Shown here: positions 46,909 through 58,683 of the stretch, one piece after another | Layout of the letters: every line of letters starts with the position of its first letter | Numbering within the stretch: position 1 is the first letter of the stretch | Source: Fistulifera solaris | Taxonomy: Eukaryota | Reading direction: 5' to 3' | Assembly (NCBI GenBank): GCA_030295235.1 | Contig: AP026144.1 | Coordinates: 496,001 to 560,000, forward strand | DNA length: 64,000 bases | The notes under the pieces: generated by a model | Databases searched by the model: none | Told to the model about the DNA's origin: nothing | The model's input: only the letters and a program-made list of their open reading frames with translations | Made by a program: the position numbers and the translations under genes

Positions 46909-48283
46909 TCATTGGATCACATCCACAAGAAAGTCGAAAATATCCGTCTTCTGGATAGCTTCTTTAACGTCTTCTTTTTGCAAAGTGCGTCTCTTGTGTA
47001 ACTGGCTGTATTCTGCCAATGCAAAGCGAGCATAATTAGACAAGAAAGGTTCCAACCCCAACCACAAACATCTTGTTTGAACTTACCAAACGCACGAATG
47101 GATAAATCCAAAATAAAAAGTTCGCAAGCTTTCGCAAAAGGACGGGCGCTTCTGCCGATATCATGCGAACATCCTCGTCACTCTTCATAATGCGCTTGAT
47201 TCTCGCCAACGGCAAGTCATTGTGATTCTTAAAATCCTGTTCACTTTGATTCTCCAAGGCCTGTATGGAAGCATATGAATCACACCAGAATTGCTGCAAG
47301 CGTTCCTGTAACTGCTGCAAAAACGCGGCCGAGTTCGCCGCTGGCGGAGGTTCCGACATGTCAAAGTCATCGTTGTGGTCCCCGTCCGGCATGGGATCCG
47401 CTTCTTCCGCTACACTCGGTTTCGCGGGCGGTGCTTTCCGGGCAGGCGGTTCCACTTTGACGGCCGTATCTTTCGTCGGCGCCGCATCCCCCTTGTAAAT
47501 TCCACTTTGAATTTGTGCTTGCGTATGCGCGTGCACAAGTGCTTGTGCTTGCAATTGAATTTGTGTTTGAATTTGTGAAGGCGTGAGATTCGTGGTGGTC
47601 TTTCTCGCGTTCACAATAGCCTGGGCTTGAATTTGTGACAAGGTAGCAATCTGTTGTGCATTCATCGGAACTAGGCCGTCCCCGCGAGATTTAGCTGCAG
47701 CTATAGTAGCGGTAATTGGTGAGATACAGCATGTTTGGTGTGTTGACATACGCGTTATCGCAAAACAAGACAAGGTCCGGCGCCAAAAACCCTTCCGGGG
47801 GGGGGGGGCAAAGCTGCCTTTCGCCAAACGTAATGGCTGAACTGACTGCTGATCCAGACATTGATCGCTTTGACAAACTTCTCGAGGGAAGGCAAGCATG
47901 TTTTCTACTCACCTACAACCGCTTGAGCCTGTGCGGCAGCCTGGACCATAGCTTGAGCTTGGGCTTGAATTTGTTCGGGAGTAATACTGGCTTGCTGTCC
48001 TGGAAGAAGAGAAAAGAAGAAAAATTAAGGACATTCGATCGAAGAGAGAAGGAGGCAGAAAGAATCATCAATTTGTTTCGATCTTACCGCGTTCCGCGGC
48101 CGCTTGAAGCTGTGCTTGTAGCTGTTGTTGCAGCTGATGTTGGATCTGTTTCTGGAGTAGTTGTTGTGTGGTGGATGTGGGTGTGGTCGATGTCGTCGGT
48201 GTCGGTGCAGGTTTCTTTTTATTGGGATTGTCTTCATTTGTTTCCGCCGCGGGGCGCTTTCCTCCTCCTCCGTCTTTGTCCAT
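46909..48283 (-). CDS. NF-YC: NF-YC (CBF-C/HAP5) histone-fold transcription factor with Q/A-rich N-terminus
   Basis: DFKNHNDLPLARIKRIMKSDEDVRMISAEAPVL(F)AKACELFI and last exon KRRTLQKEDVKEAIQKTDIFDFLVD. Four exons; one-base frameshift at ~47137. Confidence 0.93.
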
Positions 48284-48821
48284 TTTGTTTGTCGTTCCTT
48301 GGAGAGTAATGTAGAAAGAAGCGAACTGTCGCGATGAGAAGACAATCAATGAAATTGTTCGTGGATGTCAACAGGAAACAAGAATAAGTTCTGAATGATA
48401 GCAGGTAGCAATGACCAATGACACACCCGAGAGATGCCAAGAATCTTTTCAAAGAACAATGGAAAAGATCGCAATTGGTCTGACTTGTGTTGGGATGGAA
48501 TGAAAAATGCAAAGTGGCTGTGCTGCTGCCAAATGGAAGTCGCTGGAGTGATGAATGAATTGCCAATCGAAATTTTTTATCGCGATGGAGGGAGAAATTG
48601 GGTGGTTCAGACTGCTCGGACAGACGTACGAACTTGCGAAGAGCGCTCGAATGAATTACGGGACTGGACTTAAATCCCGACTTAGAATCGTACTGGTTCC
48701 GTTGGAGTACCGAATGCATTGGGAGATTTCACTTCATTTTGGCTTCATCATCATCAAAGTGCTGCTATAATCATATCATTATAACGTTACAACAGATTGT
48801 TTGATAAATAATAGAAACATC

Positions 48822-49553
48822 ATGGCAACACGAGAAGAAAAGATTTACGTCTTGTACGGATCACAGACAGGAAATTCCGAACAACTCGCGCGCGACTTGT
48901 GCTCGCAAGTGCCCGCTCAACTCGGTCCGGCCCAAATTCAACAAATCACTGGAACGTCCGCAACCATCACCGTCGTACCCAAATGCATGCAATTGGATGA
49001 TTTTTTAGAGATCGATCGTGCCGAGTGGACGCGATTGGTTATCATCGTTACGAGTAGTTATGGCGTCGGTCAAGCTCCGTTGGGTTGTTATCGCTTCCGT
49101 GAGTTGTGCGATGCGTGGACGAAGGAAGGAGACGTTCATCAAGGAACATTGGAGGGTATGACCTACGCTTTGTGTGGTTTGGGCGACTCCAAGTACACGA
49201 CATACTTTCGCAATCCCACTGTTATTGACGAAGCGTTGCAATTCGTTGGGGCGAAACGAGTCGGTCCTTTGGGAAAAGCCGATGCCAGTGGCCCGGAAGA
49301 TCAAACCGCCGTTTTGGAGCAGTGGCTGCACAGGATTTGGCCTTTTTTAGCGAAAGTAGTCGCAGAGCCTCCGTTGGATCGTGTACGTCTGCAACAAATG
49401 CAACAACGAACGATACAAGTGTGTCGAAGAATCAATCCAGATTTCGAAGCCAAAGCTCCGTCGCCACAGCCCCTTGCTTCCAATGTAACGATCGTTCTCT
49501 TGGCACTTTTGGCAATTATACTGGGTTACTATTTTACTTCAACAACCAAATAA
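48822..49553 (+). CDS. Flavodoxin-like (CPR/NOS FMN-binding type) protein with C-terminal TM anchor
   Basis: VLYGSQTGNSE, TSSYGVGQAP and YALCGLGDSKY motifs; hydrophobic tail. Confidence 0.88.
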   Translation: MATREEKIYVLYGSQTGNSEQLARDLCSQVPAQLGPAQIQQITGTSATITVVPKCMQLDDFLEIDRAEWTRLVIIVTSSYGVGQAPLGCYRFRELCDAWTKEGDVHQGTLEGMTYALCGLGDSKYTTYFRNPTVIDEALQFVGAKRVGPLGKADASGPEDQTAVLEQWLHRIWPFLAKVVAEPPLDRVRLQQMQQRTIQVCRRINPDFEAKAPSPQPLASNVTIVLLALLAIILGYYFTSTTK

Positions 49554-49582
49554 TGGAAAGGATGAAGAAGAGTATGCAATTT

Positions 49583-50267
49583 CTAAATCTTTTCATCTCT
49601 CTCTAAAGTAGGTTTTGAAACTTCCCAGGTCCCAGCAACAATATCCTCCTCCTCTTCTTCTTCATTACTTTTCGATTCTAGCATTCTTATATCTACTGGT
49701 TTCGGAGGTCGTGGAGCAGGAACATCGAATCCATCTTGATCCGTCTGATGAGACGATGTTGACGTCGAAGAATAAGAAGAAGAAGAAGAAGTGTCGACAT
49801 AACCCAATAATAGTTTTCCAATCAAACTGTGCGACGGGAAAGAGTTGAGCGACTACGAGCAAGCTAAGAACACATCAAAACAACACGTACTTTTGTTCGT
49901 TTACCCATCGATGATACTTGTCGTACAGTTTCGTGGCATCTTTCCCCAGTACACCCCGTAGTATGTTTTCGCCTCCGGGATGATACGCGATATAGGGTGA
50001 TAAATTGTATACTTTGCCACGCAATACAATCCATCCATCGTGTAGCGATTTGTGTTGCTGTACTTCCGACATACTGATTCTCCGTAACGGCTGTCCTTTG
50101 CGTTGCGCCAAGTCTTTCGATAATTGCAACAAACGATTCCATTCGGACAAGCCAAAGCGGCCGGTTTTGTGTCGCGGTGGTGGTGGTTGTGAAGAAAAAG
50201 GCGGTGGCGGAGGCATGGTGGTGTCATTCATGACACGTTCGTTTGTTTCTAAAGTCGATTCACTCAT
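49583..50267 (-). CDS. Cytochrome b5-like heme-binding protein (similar to the CYB5R4 N-terminal domain)
   Basis: EVQQHKSLHDGWIVLRGKVYNLSPYIAYHPGG..GKDATKLYDKYHRWVN, intron ~49889-49828, then LIGKLLLGYVD and an acidic tail. Confidence 0.9.
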
Positions 50268-50757
50268 AGTCTCGTGAACAAGAAGTGCAAAAGAAAAGAT
50301 AATTCATCATAACATGCGTATTATTTAGTTCTGCGTATTCGTCTGCGATCGTCAATACCAACATTTTCGGGACTGGAAAATTAAGTCGTCGGAAAATGGT
50401 CACCCTTCCTCTCTACACAAAAGTCACACCTACGTCCTTAGTCACACCCGATAACACACCTGTCACTCCTCCGATGCCCTTAAAAACTTAAAATACCGTT
50501 GTGCTGTGGGATGAACGCAGCTTCTTGAGTGTCGTGGTAATCAGTGTTCTCTTGACCTCTGTTGTTCGAGAACAGGGCTTTACGGCTTAAAGTCTTACAG
50601 TACCGTAGTAGTTTACAATGTACTTTGTATTGAGAAAGCGGTCAAAAGCTCCGGGACTGAATGAAAATTGAGTCGGGGACTGCGTTCCCTTTGTCAACGA
50701 AACAATCAAATATAATAAACACATGCTGCACAAACCCTGCGGCCATTTCGAAAGAGT

Positions 50758-51018
50758 ATGTTGCGAAACACTTTTCTTCAACGCACTCCCCTAACGAGAA
50801 AATGCAGTAGATGGGTTTGGCATGCCGGTTTTCTGCAGCAGACGGAAGCAACAGAATTATCACAAGCGATTGCACAGAAACGTCAGGAAATCTCTCGATT
50901 GACCAAAGCATCTTCTTCGATGACGACTCGTCTAACTGAGTTGAAAGAGGAAGTAACGGCTTTGAAAAAACAATACGTATCTTTGTGCGGAGAAGAGTGG
51001 GAAGAGGGCATCAAATAA
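50758..51018 (+). CDS. Small coiled-coil protein
   Basis: 86-aa ORF with presequence-like N-terminus and a heptad-like C-terminal half. Confidence 0.45.
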   Translation: MLRNTFLQRTPLTRKCSRWVWHAGFLQQTEATELSQAIAQKRQEISRLTKASSSMTTRLTELKEEVTALKKQYVSLCGEEWEEGIK

Positions 51019-51312
51019 AGGAAGCTGAATATTGTTTTTTTTTCAGAAGGCAGGAAAATTCAGAAGTGTAACCAATCGGTGACCAGATCGATCCATTTTC
51101 AATTACATCGCACGAACGACCAAAAACTTTCCTACTTGGGCGGACTATCTAATTGATTTCTGTTACCTTTAAGAATCTCTAAGTTTACTTTACTTGTATA
51201 TTGTCACTTTTCGTTCTAGAAGCTTGCTAATTAAGCATGAAAGGCAGTGTATTGTCCCGGCATCGCGACTACTACTTGGTTTTTGCATTCATCTCTTGCA
51301 AATGATCTTCCG

Positions 51313-51915
51313 TCAAGGGGCCTCAGCCAGAACCTTCGACAGTGGATCCCATATCGATTCTATCCATTGTCGAATTTCTTCTTGCTGTTTCATTCGATTT
51401 TCCGCGTCTGTTGCGCCGACGTCACCCACCAAGTCAGCTCCAGCCACGGTCAATGCTTTCGCAATCGTTTTGGGATTCTCCTGATACGTTTGGTACTTGG
51501 AATCACCTTGTCCACACATCGCTATGTGAATACCTTTCAGAAATCCTTCTTTGTCTGGGTTGTCGGTATAATCCGTAATCACTCGATCGCAAAATTTTCG
51601 AAAGGCCTGAGCACCCATAGGTGCCCCGCCCGTCCCAAAGCTACTGACGAAAATGACCACTACCTTTCGCCACGATGGAGACTCGAGGAAATCATCCATT
51701 TCCACGATTTTCACTTTCACATTCAGGCGCTGGGGTGCTTCTTTCGCAAAGGCTCTGGCGGCGTCTTCACTGGTGCCGCGTTGCGATCCGAAGAGCACCA
51801 AGATTTCTTCTTCTTCGGTCATTGTCGTTTCTTCTTCGGTCATGGTAGTTCCAGGTTGAAAGTGTGACAGCGGTCGATTATCTCGTTTCGAGGGAGGTGT
51901 CGCTAGACCGGGCAT
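51313..51915 (-). CDS. Soluble flavodoxin-like (FMN-binding) protein
   Basis: ILVLFGSQRGTSE, FVSSFGTGGAP and IAMCGQGDSKY motifs. Start may be at 51843. Confidence 0.85.
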   Translation of the reverse strand: MPGLATPPSKRDNRPLSHFQPGTTMTEEETTMTEEEEILVLFGSQRGTSEDAARAFAKEAPQRLNVKVKIVEMDDFLESPSWRKVVVIFVSSFGTGGAPMGAQAFRKFCDRVITDYTDNPDKEGFLKGIHIAMCGQGDSKYQTYQENPKTIAKALTVAGADLVGDVGATDAENRMKQQEEIRQWIESIWDPLSKVLAEAP

Positions 51916-52455
51916 GGCAGTGATTGTTGTTCAAAAGTAGTTCGTTTTACACTTGGTTTTGGCTTTTTATAATCCGTGTTGTCGTCATTAAGAATGCTTT
52001 GGCAGTCATTTTGTGACGGTTTTGGTTTCTTCATCGTGTCACAAAAGTCACAATAACATCCTCTTTCTCACATTGTCGTACCGGCCACCGATTATGTAAT
52101 ACAGTTTATGAAACAAGTACCGTTGCATGGACTCTATTGTTAAATGTAAGCAAGCTTTCTGCGGGCAAAAAACGATCGCGTTTCCTTTTTTCCCACACTT
52201 GCACACTGCCTCGACAAACACTTTCCTGGCATGGAAATGTGCTATTCCCGCCATTCGTACTCTTTCCTTCATTCAAATCACACTTCACATCATCGACAAA
52301 GTATGTTGGGCAGTAGGAAAGTCACGCGCGAGGATGAAAGTTTCGTTCCTTTCACTTCTTGACGCTTGAGGCGCTCTCGCATTTGGTGCCATCGTTATTT
52401 TTTCGAAAACAAAATCCTTTTGCGTCCATCAAAATACATCTTATCATCAACACAC

Positions 52456-54726
52456 ATGAAGCCCTCGCTCGTTTTATACACGTCTCCGACCTGCTGTGAG
52501 GAGTCGGATGAATTGAAAGACTTTCTCGTGCAAGGGGGCTTTGATTTCGAAGAAAAGCGAGTGCTGGTGGTGCCCGGTAAGTGGATGGAAGTCCGACGAA
52601 GCTCCGTGCCTTTCTTCGCTTTGATCTCTTTCTCACAAACAGTCCTTTCAGCTGTCTTGAAATTAAAGTGGGGGCCCGAGGCATCCTTACCGGTGTTGCG
52701 CTACGGAAAAGATCATTGGATTGCCGCGCGCGATCACGAGTCGCTGCGTCAACTCTACGTCGACCAGCTTCTCATCTCGCACAGTCCTCGTCCTTCCATA
52801 CGATCCCCAAAGACTGTTCTTTCACCCAAAGAGATCAGCTTCTCTCCCAACAATGGGAATCTCAAAAAGCCTACAGTTTTCGTGTGCCTTCGTTCTGTCC
52901 CATCGAAGATACGACGTCGACATCCGCGTCGTCCACGATCGAAATCGAATTCGTTCCTAGTAAGCTGGAGGGAAGCTTCCAAGCCGTTGAAGAGAAGGAT
53001 TCGAGCTCGCAATTGTATTTTAAAGAGGAGGAGCAATACCAACGCACAACAAATGAGGACGATGAGGATAGCCAAGAGTACATGGAAGAAATGTCGGTGA
53101 TGGAGCGAGGAGATGAAGCAAGCGACGACGAGGAGGAAACTCTCATTGCCACATCAAGCCGCGTCTCGCATGAGGCGACAAAATTACATACTATGCCGCC
53201 AGTGCCGGAGTTGATGCGTCAGTTGTTAATATCTCTTCATCATGAAACCTATCAGGACCGACAAGGACAAACGCATTACTACGTCAAAGGCCGCGACGCA
53301 GTACGCATGCTCCGTGTGCACCTAGAAAAGGAGGGCAACACGCCGAATGTTTCCGACTTTGATGCCATCACCTACGGGAAACAGCTCCTCCAGATGCAAG
53401 TTTTGCAGAATTATACGCCGGACGAGGATGAATTCGAAAAGTGTCTGTTGGTCTTGCAGCCATTCTGGACTCCGCAAGTCTTGAATTCGTTCATGATCTG
53501 GCCTGAGGACCGGGAATCGACGGAATCCGCCGAAGAAGTATTGCATCGTTTGTCGAAGCAAATGGATGCGTTGACGAATGATCCCATTGCTGAAGACGAC
53601 GAGACGCTTTGGGACGCGTTAGAAGTAGCTGTCTGTGAGCTACAAATGGTAGAATTTCCTCACGAATCACCCGAGTTTGCTCTCAATCTCTATAATCTGA
53701 TTGTCCGTCATGCTGCACATAAGAAAAGTAACAATGAGTGGCCTACAAGTCTCGAATCGATCGAGAAGATGTGGCAGTCGATTGGTTACAACGTCGGTAG
53801 CGAATGGATTGATCTCATGACATTACAGACCATGCTCTTGGGGCAGCAGAAACGAGTCGAGAAAAACCGCGACGTCATGAATCAGTTGCTTCGTCGGGGA
53901 CGTCGCACTGAAAGTTACGATGGTTTCAGTCCATGCTACTATAATTCCGTGGCACTTGATCCGCGTTACATATTTGCGATGACTTGGGGGTGCCAGTCGA
54001 GTCCGGCTGTCTCTACTTTGTGTCACAATCTTGAGCAGTCACTACAACAAGCCGCGGAGCGCTATTGCCGGAAATATGTCAAGATTTCGAAGCAACGAGT
54101 CGTCTTGCCGACCCTAATCTCGTGGTATTGCAAAAGCTTTGGAGCCACACACGCCACCCAAGTCCTCAAACGTGTCCGATCGTACCTCACTCAAGAACAG
54201 GACAATTGTATCAAGAAATACAAGCTACGCAATCCTCAGTTCGAAATTGTGTTCGCCGATTCGTCGAATTTCAAATGGGAGCGTCGCCTATCAGATAATA
54301 CGGAGGAAGGCCTCAGCGGAACCGATGAAATTCATAGCCAAACTACAGCGACTGAAAGCCTCCATGATGCTTACATGAGCTCTCACAGACGTCGAGTGGA
54401 GCAGCTTAGGGCGTCGAGACCCTCTCCTTCGCAAACTGATGGCGATACCGAAACGCAAACAAGAGCCTCGTCTGGTCTTTTGGGGCGAATTGATTGATGA
54501 AGAGCCACCAAGCGAGAAAGATTATGATGATCCAATTGACTACAACGACGAGGAAGTCATTCAATTCGGCTCCAGAAGTTTATTGGGTGATCTGGATTCA
54601 TTTCGCGATCGTGGTGCACTAACGCGGGGTCGCTCGCTCTACCTGACGATGCGCAAAGAGATTTCTGCGCTCACTCTAGACATCGCCTTTCACGACGAGC
54701 CTGGATTTCAACGTTTGCAACTATAA
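52456..54726 (+). CDS. Glutaredoxin-like + DEP-like + DUF547 protein
   Basis: N-terminal LVLYTSPTCCEES..LPVL (Grx fold), KGRDAVRML..AITYGKQLLQ (DEP-like), and FALNLYNLIVRHA..DPRYIFAMTWGCQSSP (DUF547). Intron near 52577-52631; frame changes near 52880 and 54480. Confidence 0.7.
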
Positions 54727-54827
54727 ATAATTATTACCTTTTCAAGATTTAATTCATTTCTCTATTTCGTATGCAGTGTACGTCCTTTAAAAGGTTCTCA
54801 AAATGCTCCGCTCTTTCTAAAGACTAC

Positions 54828-56123
54828 TTAACCATCACTCGCTTTGACATCAGTATCATGGATACTGCATCCGCCGTACTTGGCACGCTGAGGCATTGAA
54901 GCATGTATTCTGCGATGATCTTCACGTGATCTAGCCTGGTGAAGTTTGGCTGAATTTGGTTGCAACGTATTGGCTAGACCGCTGACACCAAATAATTCGG
55001 CTGGCGAATGCTCCTCGGACCATTTCCAGGTGGGAAATACATCTCCGCCGTAAACACTATTCGTGAACTCGACAATAAAGACACAAAAGGCAAATGCTGA
55101 TGTCGCCCATCCAACTATTACCTGCATGTACGCTAACGGTCCATCGTTATCGTTTCGTAGTAATCGCAATGCTTGGATCACAAGTTTCATGCAAGACAAA
55201 CTAATCAACATGGTGGTGAGTTTCGATAAAGAAATGATTGCAGCCAGAGACCGCAAACAAAGGCAAAGAGAAAGGAAGTCTGCACGAAATTTCCTACGTT
55301 GTCCACTGGCCCCTCTAGCAAATTCTCGGCCATGGTGCCTTCTGATGAGAAGTGAGTCTCAAGAATGATTTGAACACCTTTTGAAAACCAGAACGTGCCA
55401 AAACCCAAGAATGCAACTGCCCCAAACAAGTTGTTCCGGAATACTTGCAACATTCCAACTGTTACTTGTAAAAGCCCCCCTACAAAAAACCATGTAAGGT
55501 CCCCACGCCAAACGAAACGAAGATTCTACTAAAGTGGGAAAGATGGCATTCATCAAAGCAGTGGTCTCAAGTCCTATCATCATTGACAAAGAGAAGAGCG
55601 CAGGAGCAATCGAGTTTGAGTGAGATGGATTCAAAGCCGAAGACGCTAATCCGAACGACTCCAGTTTCCTTCCCGCGGGTGCTTTCATCAAACGAGGTTT
55701 TGAGTATTCCTCTTCTTGCGGTTGATCACTATGCAGGCCTGACAGACGAATGTTCAATATGCCAGGATCTTCGTATGAAGTACTGCTAAAATCCCACTCA
55801 ATATTGTTGGCTTTGCAAGCTTCAATGCGCATGAACGACTGCAGCTTGTCTAGGTAAACTTCAATCAAACGTCCTGGCACGGCTATATCTTGATGCTGCA
55901 AAAACAGACTCACATGTGCCGGTGAACAAATGGCTGGTGGGTTAAACCAAATACGCGCCACAGCATTGTCGAGACCATAACCCGGTCGATCGGGGAAGTA
56001 CCGAATCACAGCAAGTCGATTAGTATTTCCTTCTTTCGCATTCTGGGAGCTCGGCGGACGAACTTTCATGTACGTTTTAGTTTCGTTTAGGGCCGTATAT
56101 TTATTGTTATTATTGTCAGTCAT
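54828..56123 (-). CDS. GPR1/FUN34/YaaH (SatP/Ato) family transporter with N-terminal soluble domain, copy A (frameshifted)
   Basis: SNSIAPALFSLS, WGPYM..GGLLQV..FRNNLFGAVAFLGFGTFWF. Paralogous to 56355-57726. Frame breaks near 55485 and ~55230. Confidence 0.78.
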
Positions 56124-56354
56124 GGCTTCGAATTTATACACGCGCCATGATGAGAAAGTTCACATGAAGGATGCTGGAATGGGACAAGAAAAATGAACAA
56201 GCAAATTGATGAGAACCGTGCATCCTTCGATAAGAACCGAACCGAATCCCCTGTTTCGCGGGTCGCGGAGTACACGAATCCAAGGTGGAATGTTGCATTC
56301 ATCAAATGTTCTCGTTTTATAGCTCTTCTCTTCATTAGTGTGACTTCAGTCGTC

Positions 56355-57726
56355 TCAACTGGTCTTGCTCGTGTCTTTAATGGTTTCCAGCTCGCCGTTA
56401 TCACCCTTATTTTCCGATACGTCACAGCCGCCAAACTTCTGACCCCGCGGTAAAGAAGTGTGCACTTTGCGATGGTAGTTGAGAAACTTGGCTTGACGAA
56501 GCCTCGCCGCTTTTGATTGCAATGTTCCGACATTGCCACTGGCTCCGAACACTTCTTCAGGTGAGTGTTCTTCCGACCACTTGTAGGTCGGATAGACCTG
56601 GTTTTTGTATACTCCGTTCGTGAATTCGACCAAGAACATCCAGAACGCAAATGCAGATGTTAACCAACCGATGATCAGCTGCATGTAGGCCAGCGCACCA
56701 TCTTGATCGTCACGCAGCAATCGAAAAGCATGTACAATGAGCTTAGCGCACAACAGACTAATCAACGTTGTACTTAGCTTGGACATTACAAACGTTTGCT
56801 TCCATAATGCACACGTGAAAAGAAAGACAAAGAGCACTCGGATGAAAGAGCCAATGCTGTCAACTGGCCCCTCCAGTAGCGATTCGGCCATGCTTCCTTC
56901 GGATGCGAAGTACGTTTCAAGAATGGACTCGGCGCCGTTGGAAAACCAAAAAGTACCGAAGCCCAAGAATGCAACCGCGCCATACAAGTTGTTTCGGAAA
57001 ACTTGTAATGTTCCCACAATAACTTGTAACAGACCGCCCACGAAGAACATGTAAGGTCCCCAGGCGAGACGAAACGAAGGTTCCACGGAACCCGGGAAGA
57101 GAGTTCCCATCAATGCCGTTGTCTCCAAACCCACCATTAACGAGAAGGAAAACAAACCCAGGGGGGACCGAGTTAGCGTGCTCTGGTCCTCCCTTTTTCT
57201 CGTGGCAATGGGATGTGGTCGGCATGGAATCTCCCAGAGCCTTGGAACTCTGGGAGGTTGCCGTGCTACCTGCCGTGGAGGCGATCATGGAGGGTTTGAA
57301 GGATAAAGATAAATCTTCTTGCCAGTGAGGGCTCTGCAAATCCGTGAGACGAATATTGAGTATGCCAGGGTTTTGAGGAGACGAGTCGCTAAAGTCCCAC
57401 TCGATACCGCTCGCTTCGCACCCCTCAATGAGCATGAAGGATTGAAATTTATCCAAGTAGACTTCCACCAATAGACCCGGCAACGCAATGTCTTGTTGCT
57501 TTAAAAACAAGCTCACATGCGCCGGTGAACAAATTTCGGGAGGATCGAACCAAATTCGTGCCACGGAGTTGTGAAGGCCGTACCCGGGCCGATCGAGGAA
57601 ATATCGAATGACGGCGAGACGAGGTTCGTTTCCTTCTTGAATGCTTTTGAAGCTCGGCGGGCGCACTTTGGTGTGCGTCTTCTTTTCCTCGCGGAACACC
57701 ATGTACTGATTACCGAAATCTGTCAT
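56355..57726 (-). CDS. GPR1/FUN34/YaaH (SatP/Ato) family transporter with N-terminal soluble domain, copy B
   Basis: ANSVP(L)GLFSFS resembles the NPAPLGL motif. Followed by FFVGGLLQ..FRNNLYGAVAFLGFGTFWF and about six TMs. One extra base in the G-run at 57161-57166. Confidence 0.85.
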
Positions 57727-58683
57727 GCTGCTTGCCTTCTGTTATTTATAAGAAAGGTTGATTATTGTGTTACGTCGTCGTTTATTATATTTCGGAATAC
57801 TATCATGTGCCAATTCCGCTTTTTCTTAGGCTGTGGTGGAAAGAGGAAAACAAACAATCGTTGGAGATGATGGCGATGCGACTGTTCATTGTATAATGTT
57901 TGAAAGTAAAAATTTGAGTCGGGTTCGCATTTTTTCTTTTATAAGGAGTACCAGGTACCGTACCGGTACCGGTACTTGTACCTACCTGGTACCTGGTACT
58001 AGAGGTATTGCGTTCTTCGACTTCGGATGGTGAATGGTGAATCATAATCGCGAACAATCATCGTTCGTTCAAAATGCGGTGACAAAGATCCCCAAGATTT
58101 TTCAACATCTCGACTTGATGCGTGAATTACGCTTGCTGGTGACGTTATTAAAAGTGGGTTTTAAAAGCAACAGGAATCCAGCTAAGGGCTACGATAACAA
58201 GCAAGGATCTTTACCTGATAGAAGTCTTACTCGCAGGAAATATTCATGACTGAAATACAGTCGTGGCTATCTTTCCGTACGTACGGAAGGCAATTATGCT
58301 GTATCCTATTATAAAACGCCTTTCGATATCACGCCGCGATGCGTACACTGGCTTTTACGAAGCTAGACGAACGGACAGAAGTTATTAAGGCTGCCGTCTA
58401 GCTTTACGGATAAGGCAACGCGATGCTTTTTTCTCAAACAGCCCTCTTTTTCGATTGAAGGACCAACGTTCGATCAGAGAGATCTTAAACTATTCGCAGA
58501 AGTTTGAAAGAGCTACATGTTGATAAAACAAGTCGATTCGCGTGCATACTGTTACTGTAGCCCCAGGTGATAACGTGACGGAGCATCTTGTAAATCCATA
58601 TTCTTAAATACATTAACTCACTCACTTGACACATTCGAACACCTTGATCCCGCCTTCGCACACTTTCGCTTTTGCAATTTTTC

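Noticed and set aside
47797..47808. Poly-G run
   Set aside because: A simple homopolymer inside an NF-YC intron.
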